Part shown: positions 31,069 through 43,443 of the stretch, piece after piece
Layout: each line of letters opens with the position of its first letter
Position numbering within the stretch: position 1 is the stretch's first letter
NCBI GenBank assembly: GCA_041640595.1
Contig: JBEPZY010000001.1
Location: 864,001 to 928,000, forward strand
DNA length: 64,000 bases
From: Gemmatales bacterium
GTDB taxonomy: Bacteria > Planctomycetota > Planctomycetia > Gemmatales > HRBIN36
Reading direction: 5' to 3'
Notes under the pieces: model-generated
Seen by the model: the letters and a program-made list of their open reading frames with translations, nothing else
Database searches by the model: none
What the model was told of the DNA's origin: nothing
Made by a program: the position numbers and the translations under genes

Positions 31069-32526
31069 ATGTTTTCAGGAGAGAAATTGCGCAAAGCCCA
31101 ACGCGCTAAGGCGAGCGAACTTTGTAACTCCAAGACTGGCCTGATGGACAAGGTAGCGCCGAATATGAGTGCCACTTTAGCTGTCGCCACGAACGAAAGT
31201 GTGCCGCTTGCCAATTACGATGACCTGTTGTGGAAATTCCGCGCGGTGTTCTGGGAAGCCGATCCGGTCACCTGGAAGTTTTATTATGTGAGCGAATATG
31301 CAGAGTTGCTGTTCGGTTATCCCCGGCGGCGCTGGCTGGAGGAAAAGGATTTTTGGGTTCGGGTTTTGCATCCGGAAGACCGAGAATACGCGGTGCATTA
31401 TTGCCGAGAGGCAACCAGCCAGGGTTGCGATCACTGCTTTGATTATCGTATTGTGGCTGCCGATGGCCGGGCCGTCTGGGTGCGGGACATTGTTCGCGTG
31501 GAATGCGACGGCTTCAGCAAGGTCCCAAGGCGTCTCTATGGCCTGTTTATTGACATTACCGAGCAAAAAGAACTGGAATTGCAACATCAGCGCGAACGGC
31601 TGAAACTTGAGTGCATTCTGGATCAGTTTCCCGGCGTCGTTTGGACAACAAATACGGAGTTACGCTTCACCTCCTCGCGGGGCAGATACTTAGCGAAGCT
31701 ACATTTGCAACCAGACCAGGTGGTTGGGCACACGCTATATGAGTACTTTGCCACCGCTGACGATGATTTTTTTCCAATTGCGATGCACCAGCGAGCGCTG
31801 AAGGGAGAAACCGTCTCGCACGACTTTTCCTGGCAAGGCCGCCTTTATCACGTTGTTTTACAACCGGAGCGAGAACGGGAGCAGATCGTGGGAGTATTAG
31901 GGTTCGCCCTGGACATAACCGAGCAGCATGCCGAAAGCCGGATGCTACGCGAAAAAATATCCGGGGAAAAACGGTTAACGATTCTCGTCAAGTGCTGCGA
32001 ACGGTTGTTGCGCGAGATTGGCCGAGCTACCACCAACGCTGACCGATATTCGCTGGCGGTTCAGGGCCTAGTGCAGATTTTCGGCTGCGAGTCCGCTGCG
32101 ATTATTCAATACCGGCGCGGCGAAGTTCACGTATGTTCGGAGGCGGGTACTCCAGTGCGATGGAATCCGGACTGGCTGGAACGGACTTATCAAAACAGGC
32201 GAAAACGCTTCCTGACCATTCGCTGGCCTCCGAGCAGCGAAGGCCGGTTGACAATCATTGGCTTACGCCGAACTGAGCAACTTTTCTTAGTCCTGGTACA
32301 TCCAACCTGGTCGCGGGTGCATCCGTGCATACGCCGATTGGTTTGTATGCTGGCCAATTTCCTTTCCATTTTTCCACAAGACCACTCGCTTCCGTTACCA
32401 CTAATTAGCCCCACTGAGCAGGAACGGAGCGAAGAGGACGTAAGCCAGCACTGCCACCCCGACCACGAAAACAAGCACGGCGAGGCTTCCAGCAACCCAG
32501 GAACTCAGGTAATTTGTTCTGGCTAA
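31069..32526 (+). CDS. PAS/PAC sensor-domain protein with no recognisable output domain
   Basis: Two PAS domains (YVSEYAELLFGY...LHPEDRE...DYRIVAADGRAVWVRD...DITEQK; second ends in ALDITE). Start uncertain. Confidence 0.75.
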   Translation: MFSGEKLRKAQRAKASELCNSKTGLMDKVAPNMSATLAVATNESVPLANYDDLLWKFRAVFWEADPVTWKFYYVSEYAELLFGYPRRRWLEEKDFWVRVLHPEDREYAVHYCREATSQGCDHCFDYRIVAADGRAVWVRDIVRVECDGFSKVPRRLYGLFIDITEQKELELQHQRERLKLECILDQFPGVVWTTNTELRFTSSRGRYLAKLHLQPDQVVGHTLYEYFATADDDFFPIAMHQRALKGETVSHDFSWQGRLYHVVLQPEREREQIVGVLGFALDITEQHAESRMLREKISGEKRLTILVKCCERLLREIGRATTNADRYSLAVQGLVQIFGCESAAIIQYRRGEVHVCSEAGTPVRWNPDWLERTYQNRRKRFLTIRWPPSSEGRLTIIGLRRTEQLFLVLVHPTWSRVHPCIRRLVCMLANFLSIFPQDHSLPLPLISPTEQERSEEDVSQHCHPDHENKHGEASSNPGTQVICSG

Positions 32527-33165
32527 GTCCGATTCGGAACCACGAACTGTGCCGACCTGTTCACCTGATGCGATATCTTGCTCCGCATTGCCCAGCGGAG
32601 TGTTTCTCAACTTCGGGCCACCATGCAGCGTAAAAAAAGCCGTGGCATTTCTGATTGGGTTCGCCCGTTGCTTAGCATCGGTTCCAGACGGTATCGCCTC
32701 ACGCTCTCTGAATGTGCCAGCCGATACGGAACAAGTTCCCTGGGAGCTCGTAGCAGCCGTTGAATTCGCGTCGTGCATAAGCGAGGTCTGCAAGGGGAGC
32801 AACAATTCCCCCGCAGTCGTGCCAACATTTTTAGAAACGGGTGAAGAATGGCTGGCGTTTGTTTCGCCTGGTGGTTTCGTTTCCGAGAGCAACGTAGGCG
32901 TAGTCCTCGCGTGAACCAGGTACTGTTGAATTACAGGATTCTCCAGGGCTTGTTGCAACGAAGCGAAACCAACGAGCACGTGGTGGGGATTGACTGCTCG
33001 CAGCCGTTGCCAGATTTGCTCGGCATCGGAAACCTTCCCCGCTTGCCAGGCGATGTCGAGAGCCAGTACCAGAAAGCGGTCGCGCTGGCGTAGCTGACCT
33101 GATTGTTCGCAGGCACGCGCCTGGTTCAGGTAATGCTGTAACAACTCCTGCGCCGCCATAATCAC
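32401..33165 (-). CDS. Hypothetical protein with C-terminal transmembrane helix
   Basis: AGGAG RBS, helical N-terminal domain (RDRFLVLA...NPHH), low-complexity linker, hydrophobic C-terminus. Confidence 0.6.
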   Translation of the reverse strand: MIMAAQELLQHYLNQARACEQSGQLRQRDRFLVLALDIAWQAGKVSDAEQIWQRLRAVNPHHVLVGFASLQQALENPVIQQYLVHARTTPTLLSETKPPGETNASHSSPVSKNVGTTAGELLLPLQTSLMHDANSTAATSSQGTCSVSAGTFREREAIPSGTDAKQRANPIRNATAFFTLHGGPKLRNTPLGNAEQDIASGEQVGTVRGSESDLARTNYLSSWVAGSLAVLVFVVGVAVLAYVLFAPFLLSGAN

Positions 33166-33237
33166 GCTCCTGCCCTACTGCCCCATTGTACCGAATGTAA
33201 CACCGAGAGGGAAATCGTAATCACCGGCGAAACCATC

Positions 33238-36200
33238 TTACCCAGCCGATCCGGCAGCGGTATCGTCGCGGCGAAGCAAACCGTATTTTTCCAGCTTGCT
33301 AAGAAAGGTGCTGCGTGGCATGCGAAGCATGCGCGCAGCGCGTGACTTATTACCGCCAGCCGCACGCAGCGCCCGCAGCAAACGTTCCCGCTCCTGAACA
33401 GCCTGAAGCGCCTGCCATTCTGAGTAAGGCAATTCCCGGTGACGCTGCGTTTGCAGCTCCGCTGCTGATGAGGTTTTTAGAAGCGTATGGCTATTGGTCG
33501 CGTTGCCTGCCAATGCAGACTCCGCCGCGAACACAAGCTCAGGGGGCAGTTCACGGACGGTCAGGCTCGGCCCTTCGGCAAGGACGACAGCCCGTTCGAT
33601 GACATGTTCGAGTTCGCGCACGTTCCCTGGCCAATCGTAAGCCTTAAACAGCTCCAGGACCTCGTCTTCGATGTGGGTGATGGCTTTGCCGCAACGGGCG
33701 TTGTACAGGTGCAGGAAATGGATCGCCAGTTCGTAAATGTCTTCGCGGTGTTCCCGCAAAGCCGGTGTGCGGACGGTGATGACGTTGAGGCGATAAAACA
33801 AGTCCTCGCGGAATCGTCCTTCCTGCATCAATCGCTCCAGGTCCTGATTAGTGGCAGCCACGACGCGCACATCCACCCGGACCGGCTCGCTGGAACCGAC
33901 CCGTTCAAAAGTCATCTCCTGCAGCACCCGCAGCAATTTCGTCTGAACTTCCAGAGAGATGTCGCCAATTTCGTCGAGGAAAAGTGTACCACCGTCGGCC
34001 AGCTCGAAACGCCCTACTTTGTCACGATGAGCGCCAGTGAAGGCCCCTTTGACGTGACCGAACAGTTCACTCTCCAGAAGCGTCGGCGACAGGGCAGCGC
34101 AATGCACCTTTACAAACGGTTTATCCCGACGTGGACTCAATTGGTGCAACGCGCGAGCCACCAGTTCTTTGCCGGTTCCGCTCTCGCCACGAATCAACAC
34201 GGCGGCAGGACTGGGAGCTACTTTGCGAATCAGTTCGTTGAGTTCCTGGATGCAACGGCTCGAGCCGACTAACAGGGCATTCGGCTGAGCGGATGTTCGG
34301 GACGGCACGGGTGTATTTGCCGGCTCACCTTCCTGGGTTTGGGCTGGCGCTAGTTCGGCCTGTCGCAAAAGTTGATTCTGCAAAACATGGATTCGCCGCT
34401 GTTGCTCGGAAATCTTCTCTACCTTTTGTTGCAATTCGCGGTTAAGCACCTCAAGCCGCTGATGCGTCTGGGCACTGTGCAGTGCTAAGGCTGCCATTTG
34501 TGCAAATGCGCGAAGCAGGTGTCCTTCCTCCTGGTCGTAAAATGGTTCCACACGGCCAAGCAGAATCACGGCCTGAATGATACCTTCGTAAGCAAGTGGA
34601 ACAGCCAGGTGAGCCTGCCACTGCTCTAATTGCCGCTGCGCAGGCGTGAGCACTCGGAAGGGGCCCCACGGCACATAAAGCGGACATTCTTGCTCGGCAG
34701 CGCGAACGATATGGCTTTCTGCGGATAGGGAATCCGGTAGTTGCCAGTCGCCATGTTTGACCGTGAGGCGAAACTCCTCGCCGTTTCGTAGATAGAGAGC
34801 TGCGCGACGCGCATCCAGTGCTTCGACCAGCACCTGCAACAGCTGGGGGCACAGGGTGGGTACATCGAGAAGCTGCCCCACCGTCTGGCTCATCCGCTGC
34901 AGGGTGCGATCCAGCTGTGATTTTTCCCGGTGCAACCGCAAATAGATGACGGTACGTAATCGCCAGCGCACCAGGTCCATTACGACCAGCAACAGCCAGG
35001 ACGTCATGCTGACGAAAACTGCCTGTCGGAACGGCGAATGGCTCTCGATACGGGTGCCGATCGTCAAGGTTACCACGAAGAGCAGACCGGTGTAAACCAG
35101 TCCGGCTAATGCGCTGAGCACAAATGTAGCCAGGCCCCAGTGCAAAACCTGGCCGACCTCCATCATGCCATAGCGAGAAATGCTCACTCCGTAAGCCACG
35201 GTGAAGCACAGCGATGCCAGAAACATGGGCCAGGTTGCACCACCGAGACTGAAACGTTCCGCATCGGTAACCGCCAGCAGGACGGTATAAGCTACCAGGG
35301 CCAGAGCTACCAGCGCCCCCGCGAGTATCCACTGCAACTGTTTGCGTTCGCGGCTGTTGGGCTGCGCTCGCCAGAAACTGTGGGCAAGGCTAACCACGCA
35401 ACCGACAAATAATGCAGCCGAAACGAACACGCTTGCGTACACCTCCCGCATCAGCCACAACAAAATGGTTTGCACGCGGTCTGTTTTGTCGGGCAGCGCA
35501 GCAAAGCGATAGGTCCAGACGAGCAGCAAATAGGTCGCCACTTTGGCCACCAGCAGCAACACCGGCACGCTGTAAAGAGCGGTCAAGGTCAACCAGGGTC
35601 GGCGTTCCAACCACTTTTTCGGTCTGGGAAAGACGAGGTAAAAATGCAAACTAACCACGGGTAACAGCCCAGCACAGATCATAAAGACGAGCACCAGGGG
35701 CGGACTGCTCGCTATACGATACCAGTGGTAACCGCCCATAAACGCGCCGATGGTCACCACGCACAGCAGGTAAAATCGGCGAACCGCGTCGTCATTGGGT
35801 CGTCGCCACCACACCAGCGCCACCAGCCCGAACAATCCCAGCTTGACCACAAACCATAACAGCGAATGGGTAAACTCCTCCGGCGGAGTCGTTCCTACCA
35901 GACACCACACCGCGGCTTCGCGTCCATCTTCTTTGCGGAAACGAACCCGCACCCATTCTTCGTCACCATACACCAGTACATGCGTGTCCTTTTCCGGCAG
36001 CGTTTCCAGAGCTTCACGGGGAAATTTTTCCGGCGAAACTGCCAGCCGGGGAAATTCGCGCCAGTTCCGTAGCTCCGCTACAGTGCGAATCACATCGGAA
36101 AACGTCTGAATGCGGTGAGGCCCCACACTGAACAGATCATCGCCCACTTCCGGAGGTGGCCCAGGCTCATACCGCAAATAAGTGTAGTTGATTTTTTGAA

Positions 36201-36321
36201 TGTCCGTACCAAACGCAGCTTGCAGACCAATCTCGGGAGCCTGAGCAGCATACCAGACAACTGCAATGCCGTACAGGCATACCGCAATACCACAAGCGAG
36301 CAGTCCAGCACGCCACCACAC
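33238..36321 (-). CDS. Membrane-integral sigma54-dependent enhancer-binding protein (TM domain - GAF - AAA+ - Fis HTH)
   Basis: [48 protein letters not shown], preceded by about 8-9 TM helices and a GAF-like region. Confidence 0.92.
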   Translation of the reverse strand: MWWRAGLLACGIAVCLYGIAVVWYAAQAPEIGLQAAFGTDIQKINYTYLRYEPGPPPEVGDDLFSVGPHRIQTFSDVIRTVAELRNWREFPRLAVSPEKFPREALETLPEKDTHVLVYGDEEWVRVRFRKEDGREAAVWCLVGTTPPEEFTHSLLWFVVKLGLFGLVALVWWRRPNDDAVRRFYLLCVVTIGAFMGGYHWYRIASSPPLVLVFMICAGLLPVVSLHFYLVFPRPKKWLERRPWLTLTALYSVPVLLLVAKVATYLLLVWTYRFAALPDKTDRVQTILLWLMREVYASVFVSAALFVGCVVSLAHSFWRAQPNSRERKQLQWILAGALVALALVAYTVLLAVTDAERFSLGGATWPMFLASLCFTVAYGVSISRYGMMEVGQVLHWGLATFVLSALAGLVYTGLLFVVTLTIGTRIESHSPFRQAVFVSMTSWLLLVVMDLVRWRLRTVIYLRLHREKSQLDRTLQRMSQTVGQLLDVPTLCPQLLQVLVEALDARRAALYLRNGEEFRLTVKHGDWQLPDSLSAESHIVRAAEQECPLYVPWGPFRVLTPAQRQLEQWQAHLAVPLAYEGIIQAVILLGRVEPFYDQEEGHLLRAFAQMAALALHSAQTHQRLEVLNRELQQKVEKISEQQRRIHVLQNQLLRQAELAPAQTQEGEPANTPVPSRTSAQPNALLVGSSRCIQELNELIRKVAPSPAAVLIRGESGTGKELVARALHQLSPRRDKPFVKVHCAALSPTLLESELFGHVKGAFTGAHRDKVGRFELADGGTLFLDEIGDISLEVQTKLLRVLQEMTFERVGSSEPVRVDVRVVAATNQDLERLMQEGRFREDLFYRLNVITVRTPALREHREDIYELAIHFLHLYNARCGKAITHIEDEVLELFKAYDWPGNVRELEHVIERAVVLAEGPSLTVRELPPELVFAAESALAGNATNSHTLLKTSSAAELQTQRHRELPYSEWQALQAVQERERLLRALRAAGGNKSRAARMLRMPRSTFLSKLEKYGLLRRDDTAAGSAG

Positions 36322-36352
36322 GGTGCCACCCCCCTGCCCCGATTGTATGGTT

Positions 36353-37576
36353 TTATGCCACCGCTACCACACGCGAGCCGACCTCCTGAGCGAGTAAACC
36401 AGCCTTGTCCGTGCGTTCCCACGTAAATTCCGGCAACTCCCGTCCGAAATGACCATGTACCGCCGTTAGCCTGTATATAGGCCGGCGCAATTGCAACGCC
36501 TCGATGATCCCCCGCGGAGTCAGCGCAAAATGCTTACGAATCAACTCAATCAGCTGGTCTTCACTGAGGCCTGCGCGAATAGTTCCGAAGGTGCTCACCC
36601 AGATGCTCAACGGTTCTGCTTTGCCGATAGCATACGACAGTTGCACTTCACACTGGTCGGCAAGACCAGCAGCGACAATGTTTTTGGCGATGTAACGTGC
36701 CATATACGCGGCGGAGCGGTCCACCTTTGTCGGGTCTTTACCGCTGAAAGCACCGCCTCCATGCCGTCCTCTCCCCCCGTAAGTGTCCACGATGATTTTC
36801 CGGCCAGTCAGTCCTGTGTCGGCAGCTGGGCCTCCTTCCAGAAAGCATCCTGTCGGATTGATGTGGTAAATGATATCCTCGTCCACCAGGTCGGGGCGCT
36901 CAGCCTGAAGTGTTGGCAAAATAAGCCGTTCGATGATCGCTTTTTTCGCTCGTTCGGAAAAATACGGCCGCCCTTCTCGGTGCTCTACCACGCTGGTGTC
37001 GTGCTGGGTCGAGAGCACCACGGTATGGATGCGAGCCGGAGTCCCGTCGGGATGATATTCCACCGTGACCTGACTTTTGGCATCGGGGCGCAGAAAAGGC
37101 AGCTCCCCACTGCGGCGAAGCTGTGCCTGTTTTTCGACCAAGCGATGGGCGAGATAGATAGGCAGCGGCATCAGCGATTTCGTCTCACGGCAGGCGTAGC
37201 CAAACATCATCCCCTGATCCCCGGCACCACCGCTATCCACTCCCAGAGCAATGTCGGGCGATTGCTTATGAAGGCAGATGTCCACCTGCACGGTATCGCA
37301 AGAAAATCCGACCGCCGGGTCTGTGTAACCGATCTCACGAATGGTGTCGCGGACCAGGCGATCCACGACCGATCGAGTCAACGTTGCCTTGGTTGTGATT
37401 TCTCCAGCTACGACTACCAGGTCGGTTGTCACCAAAACTTCGCAAGCAACCCGACTTTGTGGGTCGTGCTGTAAGCAATAATCGAGAATGGTGTCGCTGA
37501 TCTGATCGGCCACCTTGTCCGGGTGGCCCATACTTACGGACTCACTGGTGAAAAGGTAATTGCGACCGAGAGCCAT
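36353..37576 (-). CDS. metK: S-adenosylmethionine synthetase
   Basis: [56 protein letters not shown] before ATG 37576. Confidence 0.97.
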   Translation of the reverse strand: MALGRNYLFTSESVSMGHPDKVADQISDTILDYCLQHDPQSRVACEVLVTTDLVVVAGEITTKATLTRSVVDRLVRDTIREIGYTDPAVGFSCDTVQVDICLHKQSPDIALGVDSGGAGDQGMMFGYACRETKSLMPLPIYLAHRLVEKQAQLRRSGELPFLRPDAKSQVTVEYHPDGTPARIHTVVLSTQHDTSVVEHREGRPYFSERAKKAIIERLILPTLQAERPDLVDEDIIYHINPTGCFLEGGPAADTGLTGRKIIVDTYGGRGRHGGGAFSGKDPTKVDRSAAYMARYIAKNIVAAGLADQCEVQLSYAIGKAEPLSIWVSTFGTIRAGLSEDQLIELIRKHFALTPRGIIEALQLRRPIYRLTAVHGHFGRELPEFTWERTDKAGLLAQEVGSRVVAVA

Positions 37577-37847
37577 AGGTTTCCTCCGCGGCGCCAGACG
37601 TGCATCCTCACAGTCAAGCGCTCCGTCTGCTACCGAATACCTCGAGGCCAAGCTGGATAACCACTTACCCTACCCTAGCCTGGCTGGCCAAGTGGCCATT
37701 ATAGTTACCCAGATAACGCAACTCAAGCATGCGGGATTGTCAGCGAACCGTTTCTGGCCTCGCATGCCGGCAAAGCTGGCTCCAGCCGCGTGGGAAGGGA
37801 AATCCGGAAGTCCTCAGCGAGTTCCACGTTAATTTTTGCCCGTACCG

Positions 37848-39188
37848 CTAGCTGGAGAGCGTAACCCGGCGATATTCGACCTTGTCCGCGGCAAAGATAC
37901 CAAGCCCTTTCTCTCCGGCCAGCTGCACATGCTCCGGCTGGCGTCGGCGGAATTGTTCGTCCTTTTGCGGGTTGCTTTTTTCCGTTCCCATCTCAGCCAC
38001 CGGTGGCCAACCTCGGCTGGCACGATACTGGTCGAGAATATGCCAGCCGACATGGTCCAGCGCTACCGGATCGGTGGCAAAAAACAGCGACTTTTTCTCC
38101 CACACATCCCAGGTGTTGTTCCAGGTACCTGGCCCACCTTCATAACAAGCAATCAGGGCGTCCATGACCAGCAGCACCACTTTTTGCCGCAGCGGTTCGA
38201 GAGATACCATTTCCGGAATAAAGGTACCGCAGGTATTATCCAGTTCCGGCGATGGTGCATATTTGCCCATGTGCGAACGGGCCACGTTGTTTACGAAACC
38301 GTGCGACAGGTCCTTCAAAGACATGGTGATGCCACCGGAACGGTGATCCTTAAGCACCGTGGCAACAATGATTTTGTTCACCAGATCGGTTGTTACCAGC
38401 CGACTGAGATGGGAATTTTCGCTGGGCCGATCATGCGGACTGAGCTTCGGCATGGCATACGGCAACCGGCGGAACACATCCGGGTCGTATCCGACTACAT
38501 GCGGGTCAGGTTCGGGCCGCTTTCCAGTTTTCTCATCCGGGTCACGCCCTTCCAGATCGGTTTGCTGACCATGGTACTGCGCGTGGGAAGCATACCAGCC
38601 GACTGACGGATAACGGCTTTGCAGAAACTTTTCGTACCCGGCCCGGCAAAATTGGTCGGCGTAGCGCTCATAGAGGACAATGTCGCGCTCGGTCAGGCCC
38701 GCGCTTTTCAGTCCCTCGATCAGAGCCGCGACCAGCTCGATATTGGTAATCGCGCTTCGCTTTTTGCCATCGGTCAGGCCGACAGGGTTGACCTTGATGG
38801 CCACGCGGTCTCCTTTTTGGAACAGCGTTTTCCAGGCCGAAACCGGGTCGTCGGCTCCGGTCAGGGTTTGCATGCCGCGGCTGACCATCTGCTGGACTGC
38901 CTCGAGCTGAACCCGACCATTAATTACGGAAGCAGGATGATGAACTTCGACGACCTTTCCCGGCCAGCGTCCCGGCAAACCAAACGCCGGTTTTGCCACC
39001 TCGACACATCGTCCCGTGAAACGCTCCTCGGGCGACAGAAGGTAAACAGGTCGCGTGTCTCCATCCGACTCCAGGCCGTTTTGATCCGATTGAGACGAGC
39101 AACCCAGCAAACCGGTCAGTCCACAGCTTGCCAAACCGACTCCCGTACGCTGCAAAAACTGGCGACGGCTCCAGGTATGTTCCTGCAT
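37848..39188 (-). CDS. Tat-exported DUF362-domain protein
   Basis: SRRQFL twin-arginine leader, VAIKVN, LKDH...TMSLK, DPVALD. Confidence 0.8.
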   Translation of the reverse strand: MQEHTWSRRQFLQRTGVGLASCGLTGLLGCSSQSDQNGLESDGDTRPVYLLSPEERFTGRCVEVAKPAFGLPGRWPGKVVEVHHPASVINGRVQLEAVQQMVSRGMQTLTGADDPVSAWKTLFQKGDRVAIKVNPVGLTDGKKRSAITNIELVAALIEGLKSAGLTERDIVLYERYADQFCRAGYEKFLQSRYPSVGWYASHAQYHGQQTDLEGRDPDEKTGKRPEPDPHVVGYDPDVFRRLPYAMPKLSPHDRPSENSHLSRLVTTDLVNKIIVATVLKDHRSGGITMSLKDLSHGFVNNVARSHMGKYAPSPELDNTCGTFIPEMVSLEPLRQKVVLLVMDALIACYEGGPGTWNNTWDVWEKKSLFFATDPVALDHVGWHILDQYRASRGWPPVAEMGTEKSNPQKDEQFRRRQPEHVQLAGEKGLGIFAADKVEYRRVTLSS

Positions 39189-39393
39189 GATAACCCCCTT
39201 TCTCGCGGGCGACAATTGTCGAGCCACGCTGTCCTTTTGCCCTCCGAACGTTATGCTACGACTTTCGAGCTATTACCACAAGACGTCGCACAAACGCGAA
39301 ACTTATCAAGGCGCCAGGTGTTTAACCGCATAGGGAAGCTGCTCGTGGGCTGAGCGGCTTGTGGAACCTGCCACACTATACGGGGAGAAAGCC

Positions 39394-39834
39394 ATGCGTC
39401 GAACACCTCAACTGGCCGTGCTATCGCTAGCCATCCTTGCCCTGACCGGTCTGGCTTACGCTGACCGGGAAGGTGAACCTCGCAAGCCCAGGCCTCAGAC
39501 GAGAATTGCGGAGTTCCGCAAAGTAGATGGCTCCAAACTCGTTTTCCTGGTTCGCGGTGATTCTGGCGAACGCGAATTTGCTTGCGAATACGATTCCGAC
39601 ACCAAATTTCTGGCCGAAACCGATCAGGACGTAAAGGTAAAAGTCCGCGGCGAAGGTGGTGTGGAGCGGGAAGTGACAAAACCGCAAACCAAGCCGATTC
39701 AGCTCAAGGACCTCGTCTCGGGTCAGCGCGTGGTCGTCACCATGCTGGTCGGCGATGAAAAGACCACTCCGCGTTGTGTGGAAGTCCGCGTGCTTCGGCC
39801 ACAAAAGCCTCGCCGTGAAGGCAGCGATGGCTAA
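39394..39834 (+). CDS. Small secreted hypothetical protein
   Basis: GGGGAG RBS, signal peptide ending AYA, charged beta-rich mature part. Confidence 0.65.
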   Translation: MRRTPQLAVLSLAILALTGLAYADREGEPRKPRPQTRIAEFRKVDGSKLVFLVRGDSGEREFACEYDSDTKFLAETDQDVKVKVRGEGGVEREVTKPQTKPIQLKDLVSGQRVVVTMLVGDEKTTPRCVEVRVLRPQKPRREGSDG

Positions 39835-39993
39835 CGCTTTGTGGAAACTTTGGCGGGCGTCCGAAAACCTTTACCGCAGCCGACCGGGTTTGGGATACGG
39901 GCAAGGGATCGGAGCAGCCCTGCGGATGGACCGTAACCACTTCGCTAACCTGCCCGCTTGAATGCTGCGTTTGGCCTGTAACCGAGTGGTAAG

Positions 39994-40020
39994 GGGCACG
40001 GTTGAACCGTGCCCTTTTTT
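39994..40020 (+). terminator. Intrinsic terminator
   Basis: GGGCACGGT-TGA-ACCGTGCCC followed by TTTTTT. Confidence 0.85.
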
Positions 40021-40161
40021 CGTGAAACGCGTCAGCCCATTTTTGATTATTGCCATGCTTACCAACCGGAGCCTCCAGGCATTCCCTTGGAGTGTCAGCA
40101 GGGCTACTGAAGAGGGGTTTTCGGGGTGATCGTGGCATTCAGGCTTGGCTTTGTACAATAA

Positions 40162-41529
<1,368 letters not shown>

Positions 41530-41550
41530 GGCGAGGCGGGATGTGCCAAA

Positions 41551-42327
41551 ATGAGCCGCACCTTGACGTTTCTGGGCACCGGAACCTCAACCGGGGTGCC
41601 GCTGTTGGGCTGTGATTGCGAAACTTGCCGCTCTCCCGATCCTCGTAATCAGCGTTGCCGCTGCTCTGTCGTGATCTGTACCACGCAGGGCAATCTGCTG
41701 ATTGACACACCCCCGGAGATTCGTTTGCAACTGTTGCGTGCCGGTGTCCACCGCGTCCATGCGGTCGTTTATACGCATCACCATGCCGACCACATTTTCG
41801 GTTTCGATGACGTTCGCCATTTTGCCCGACAGCTCGGTGGTCCTGTTCCCATTTACTGCAACCAGGCCACTGCGCAATTCCTGCGTCGCACGTTTGACTA
41901 TGCGTTCCATGCCGAACCGGTTTTATGGCAGCAAGGGCGCGTACCCTATGTCCGGTTGCATCAGATTGACACGGAACCTTTTGAAGTGCTGGGACAGCGA
42001 ATGATTCCCGTTCCGCTGGAACACAGTATTCCGGTCACGGGTTTTCGACTCGACGGGCTGGCATACTGCCCCGATGTGGGAGCGATTCCGGAGGGGAGCT
42101 GGAAATTACTGGAAGGCGTGGAAATTTTGGTGCTCAACGCACTGCGTCCGCAAAAGCCTTTATCCGGACATTTGACCCTGGAACAAGCGCTGGCCATCAT
42201 CGAACGTCTGAAACCGCGGCAGAGCTATTTGACCCATTTAGGACACGAAATGGAGTATAATCGTATCCAGAAGCAATTGCCCGCAGGTGTTGAATTGGCT
42301 TATGATGGACTGAGCTTCTCGTTTTGA
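41551..42327 (+). CDS. MBL-fold metallo-hydrolase, PhnP-like phosphodiesterase
   Basis: LGTGTSTGVP..GCDC..C, THHHADH, THLGH, LAYDG. Confidence 0.9.
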   Translation: MSRTLTFLGTGTSTGVPLLGCDCETCRSPDPRNQRCRCSVVICTTQGNLLIDTPPEIRLQLLRAGVHRVHAVVYTHHHADHIFGFDDVRHFARQLGGPVPIYCNQATAQFLRRTFDYAFHAEPVLWQQGRVPYVRLHQIDTEPFEVLGQRMIPVPLEHSIPVTGFRLDGLAYCPDVGAIPEGSWKLLEGVEILVLNALRPQKPLSGHLTLEQALAIIERLKPRQSYLTHLGHEMEYNRIQKQLPAGVELAYDGLSFSF

Positions 42328-42345
42328 GTGAAGCAGGAGGTGCTC

Positions 42346-43443
42346 ATGGCCGGTGCAATTGAAGTGCATGTCGTCATGCTGGCTGGCGGCTCGGGGACGC
42401 GGTTCTGGCCCTGGAGCCGACACACCCGACCCAAGCAGCTTCTGGCACTGGTTGGGCAGCAAAGTTTGCTTCGGCAGTGTGCGGAGCGGTTTCGCGGTTG
42501 CATTCCTGCTGAGCACTTCTGGGCGGTAACCACGGCCGAGCTTTTGCCCCAGGTTCGTGAGCACTTGAACGACCTGGTACCGGAAAGCCAGCTCATCGGC
42601 GAACCGATGGGCCGAGACACCGCCCCTTGTATTGGCCTGGCAGCAGCGCTCATCGCCCAGCGCCACCCTGAAGCGGTGATGATCGCTGCCCCAGCCGACC
42701 ATCTCATTGAGCCGGTCGGAGCTTTTCACCGATCCATTCAGGCAGCGGTGACGCTAACCCAGGAGTTCCTGGATGCGCTGATCACGCTCGGCATTGTCCC
42801 TACTCGTCCGGCCACCGGTTACGGTTATATCCGGCGAGGCGCATGGATTGGCGAGCGGCAGGGCATAGCTGTTTATCGTGTCGCCGAATTCCGCGAAAAG
42901 CCGGATTTGCAAACCGCCGAACAGTACCTGGCCAGCGGCGAGTTTTACTGGAACAGCGGTATTTTCGTCTGGCGTGTGCAAACCATCCTGCGTGAACTTG
43001 CCCGGCAGCAACCGCGTATTGAAAATGCCGTGCGCCGACTGGCGGAGAACTGGCATTCGCCTCAGCGAGACGCTCTGCTTCGCCAGGAATACGCGGCCCT
43101 GCCCAAAATCAGCATTGATTACGCTGTCATGGAAGGCTGTCGAACTGCCCTGGTGCTGGCAGCGCCATTCCGCTGGGACGATCTCGGTAGCTGGAGCGCA
43201 CTGGAACGCCTTCATCCGCAGGATGCAGACTACAATACGATATTGGCGCGACACGTAGGGCTGAAGACGCGCCGCTGCATCATCGTCGGTGAGTCCAACC
43301 GGCTCATTGCTACGCTCGGTGTCGAAGATTTGCTCATTGTTCAGGCTGACGATGCCGTGCTCGTCGCCCAAAAACAGCAAGAAAACGATATTCGCCAGCT
43401 GGTCGAGCTCCTGCGAGACACAGGACAGGAGGCTTTTCTGTGA
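42346..43443 (+). CDS. manC: Mannose-1-phosphate guanylyltransferase (monofunctional)
   Basis: LAGGSGTRFWP.SR..PKQ, EP.GRDTAP, F.EKP, WNSGIF, SIDYAVME, WDDLGSW. Confidence 0.92.
   Translation: MAGAIEVHVVMLAGGSGTRFWPWSRHTRPKQLLALVGQQSLLRQCAERFRGCIPAEHFWAVTTAELLPQVREHLNDLVPESQLIGEPMGRDTAPCIGLAAALIAQRHPEAVMIAAPADHLIEPVGAFHRSIQAAVTLTQEFLDALITLGIVPTRPATGYGYIRRGAWIGERQGIAVYRVAEFREKPDLQTAEQYLASGEFYWNSGIFVWRVQTILRELARQQPRIENAVRRLAENWHSPQRDALLRQEYAALPKISIDYAVMEGCRTALVLAAPFRWDDLGSWSALERLHPQDADYNTILARHVGLKTRRCIIVGESNRLIATLGVEDLLIVQADDAVLVAQKQQENDIRQLVELLRDTGQEAFL

Noticed and set aside
37577..37847. SAM riboswitch upstream of metK
   Set aside because: No SAM-I core or other SAM-class consensus recognised by eye; only a TATAAT-like box. 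An Infernal scan is needed to exclude it.
39827..39961. 44-codon ORF overlapping the stop of the secreted protein gene
   Set aside because: No recognisable motif or clear RBS; it cannot be supported from sequence alone.
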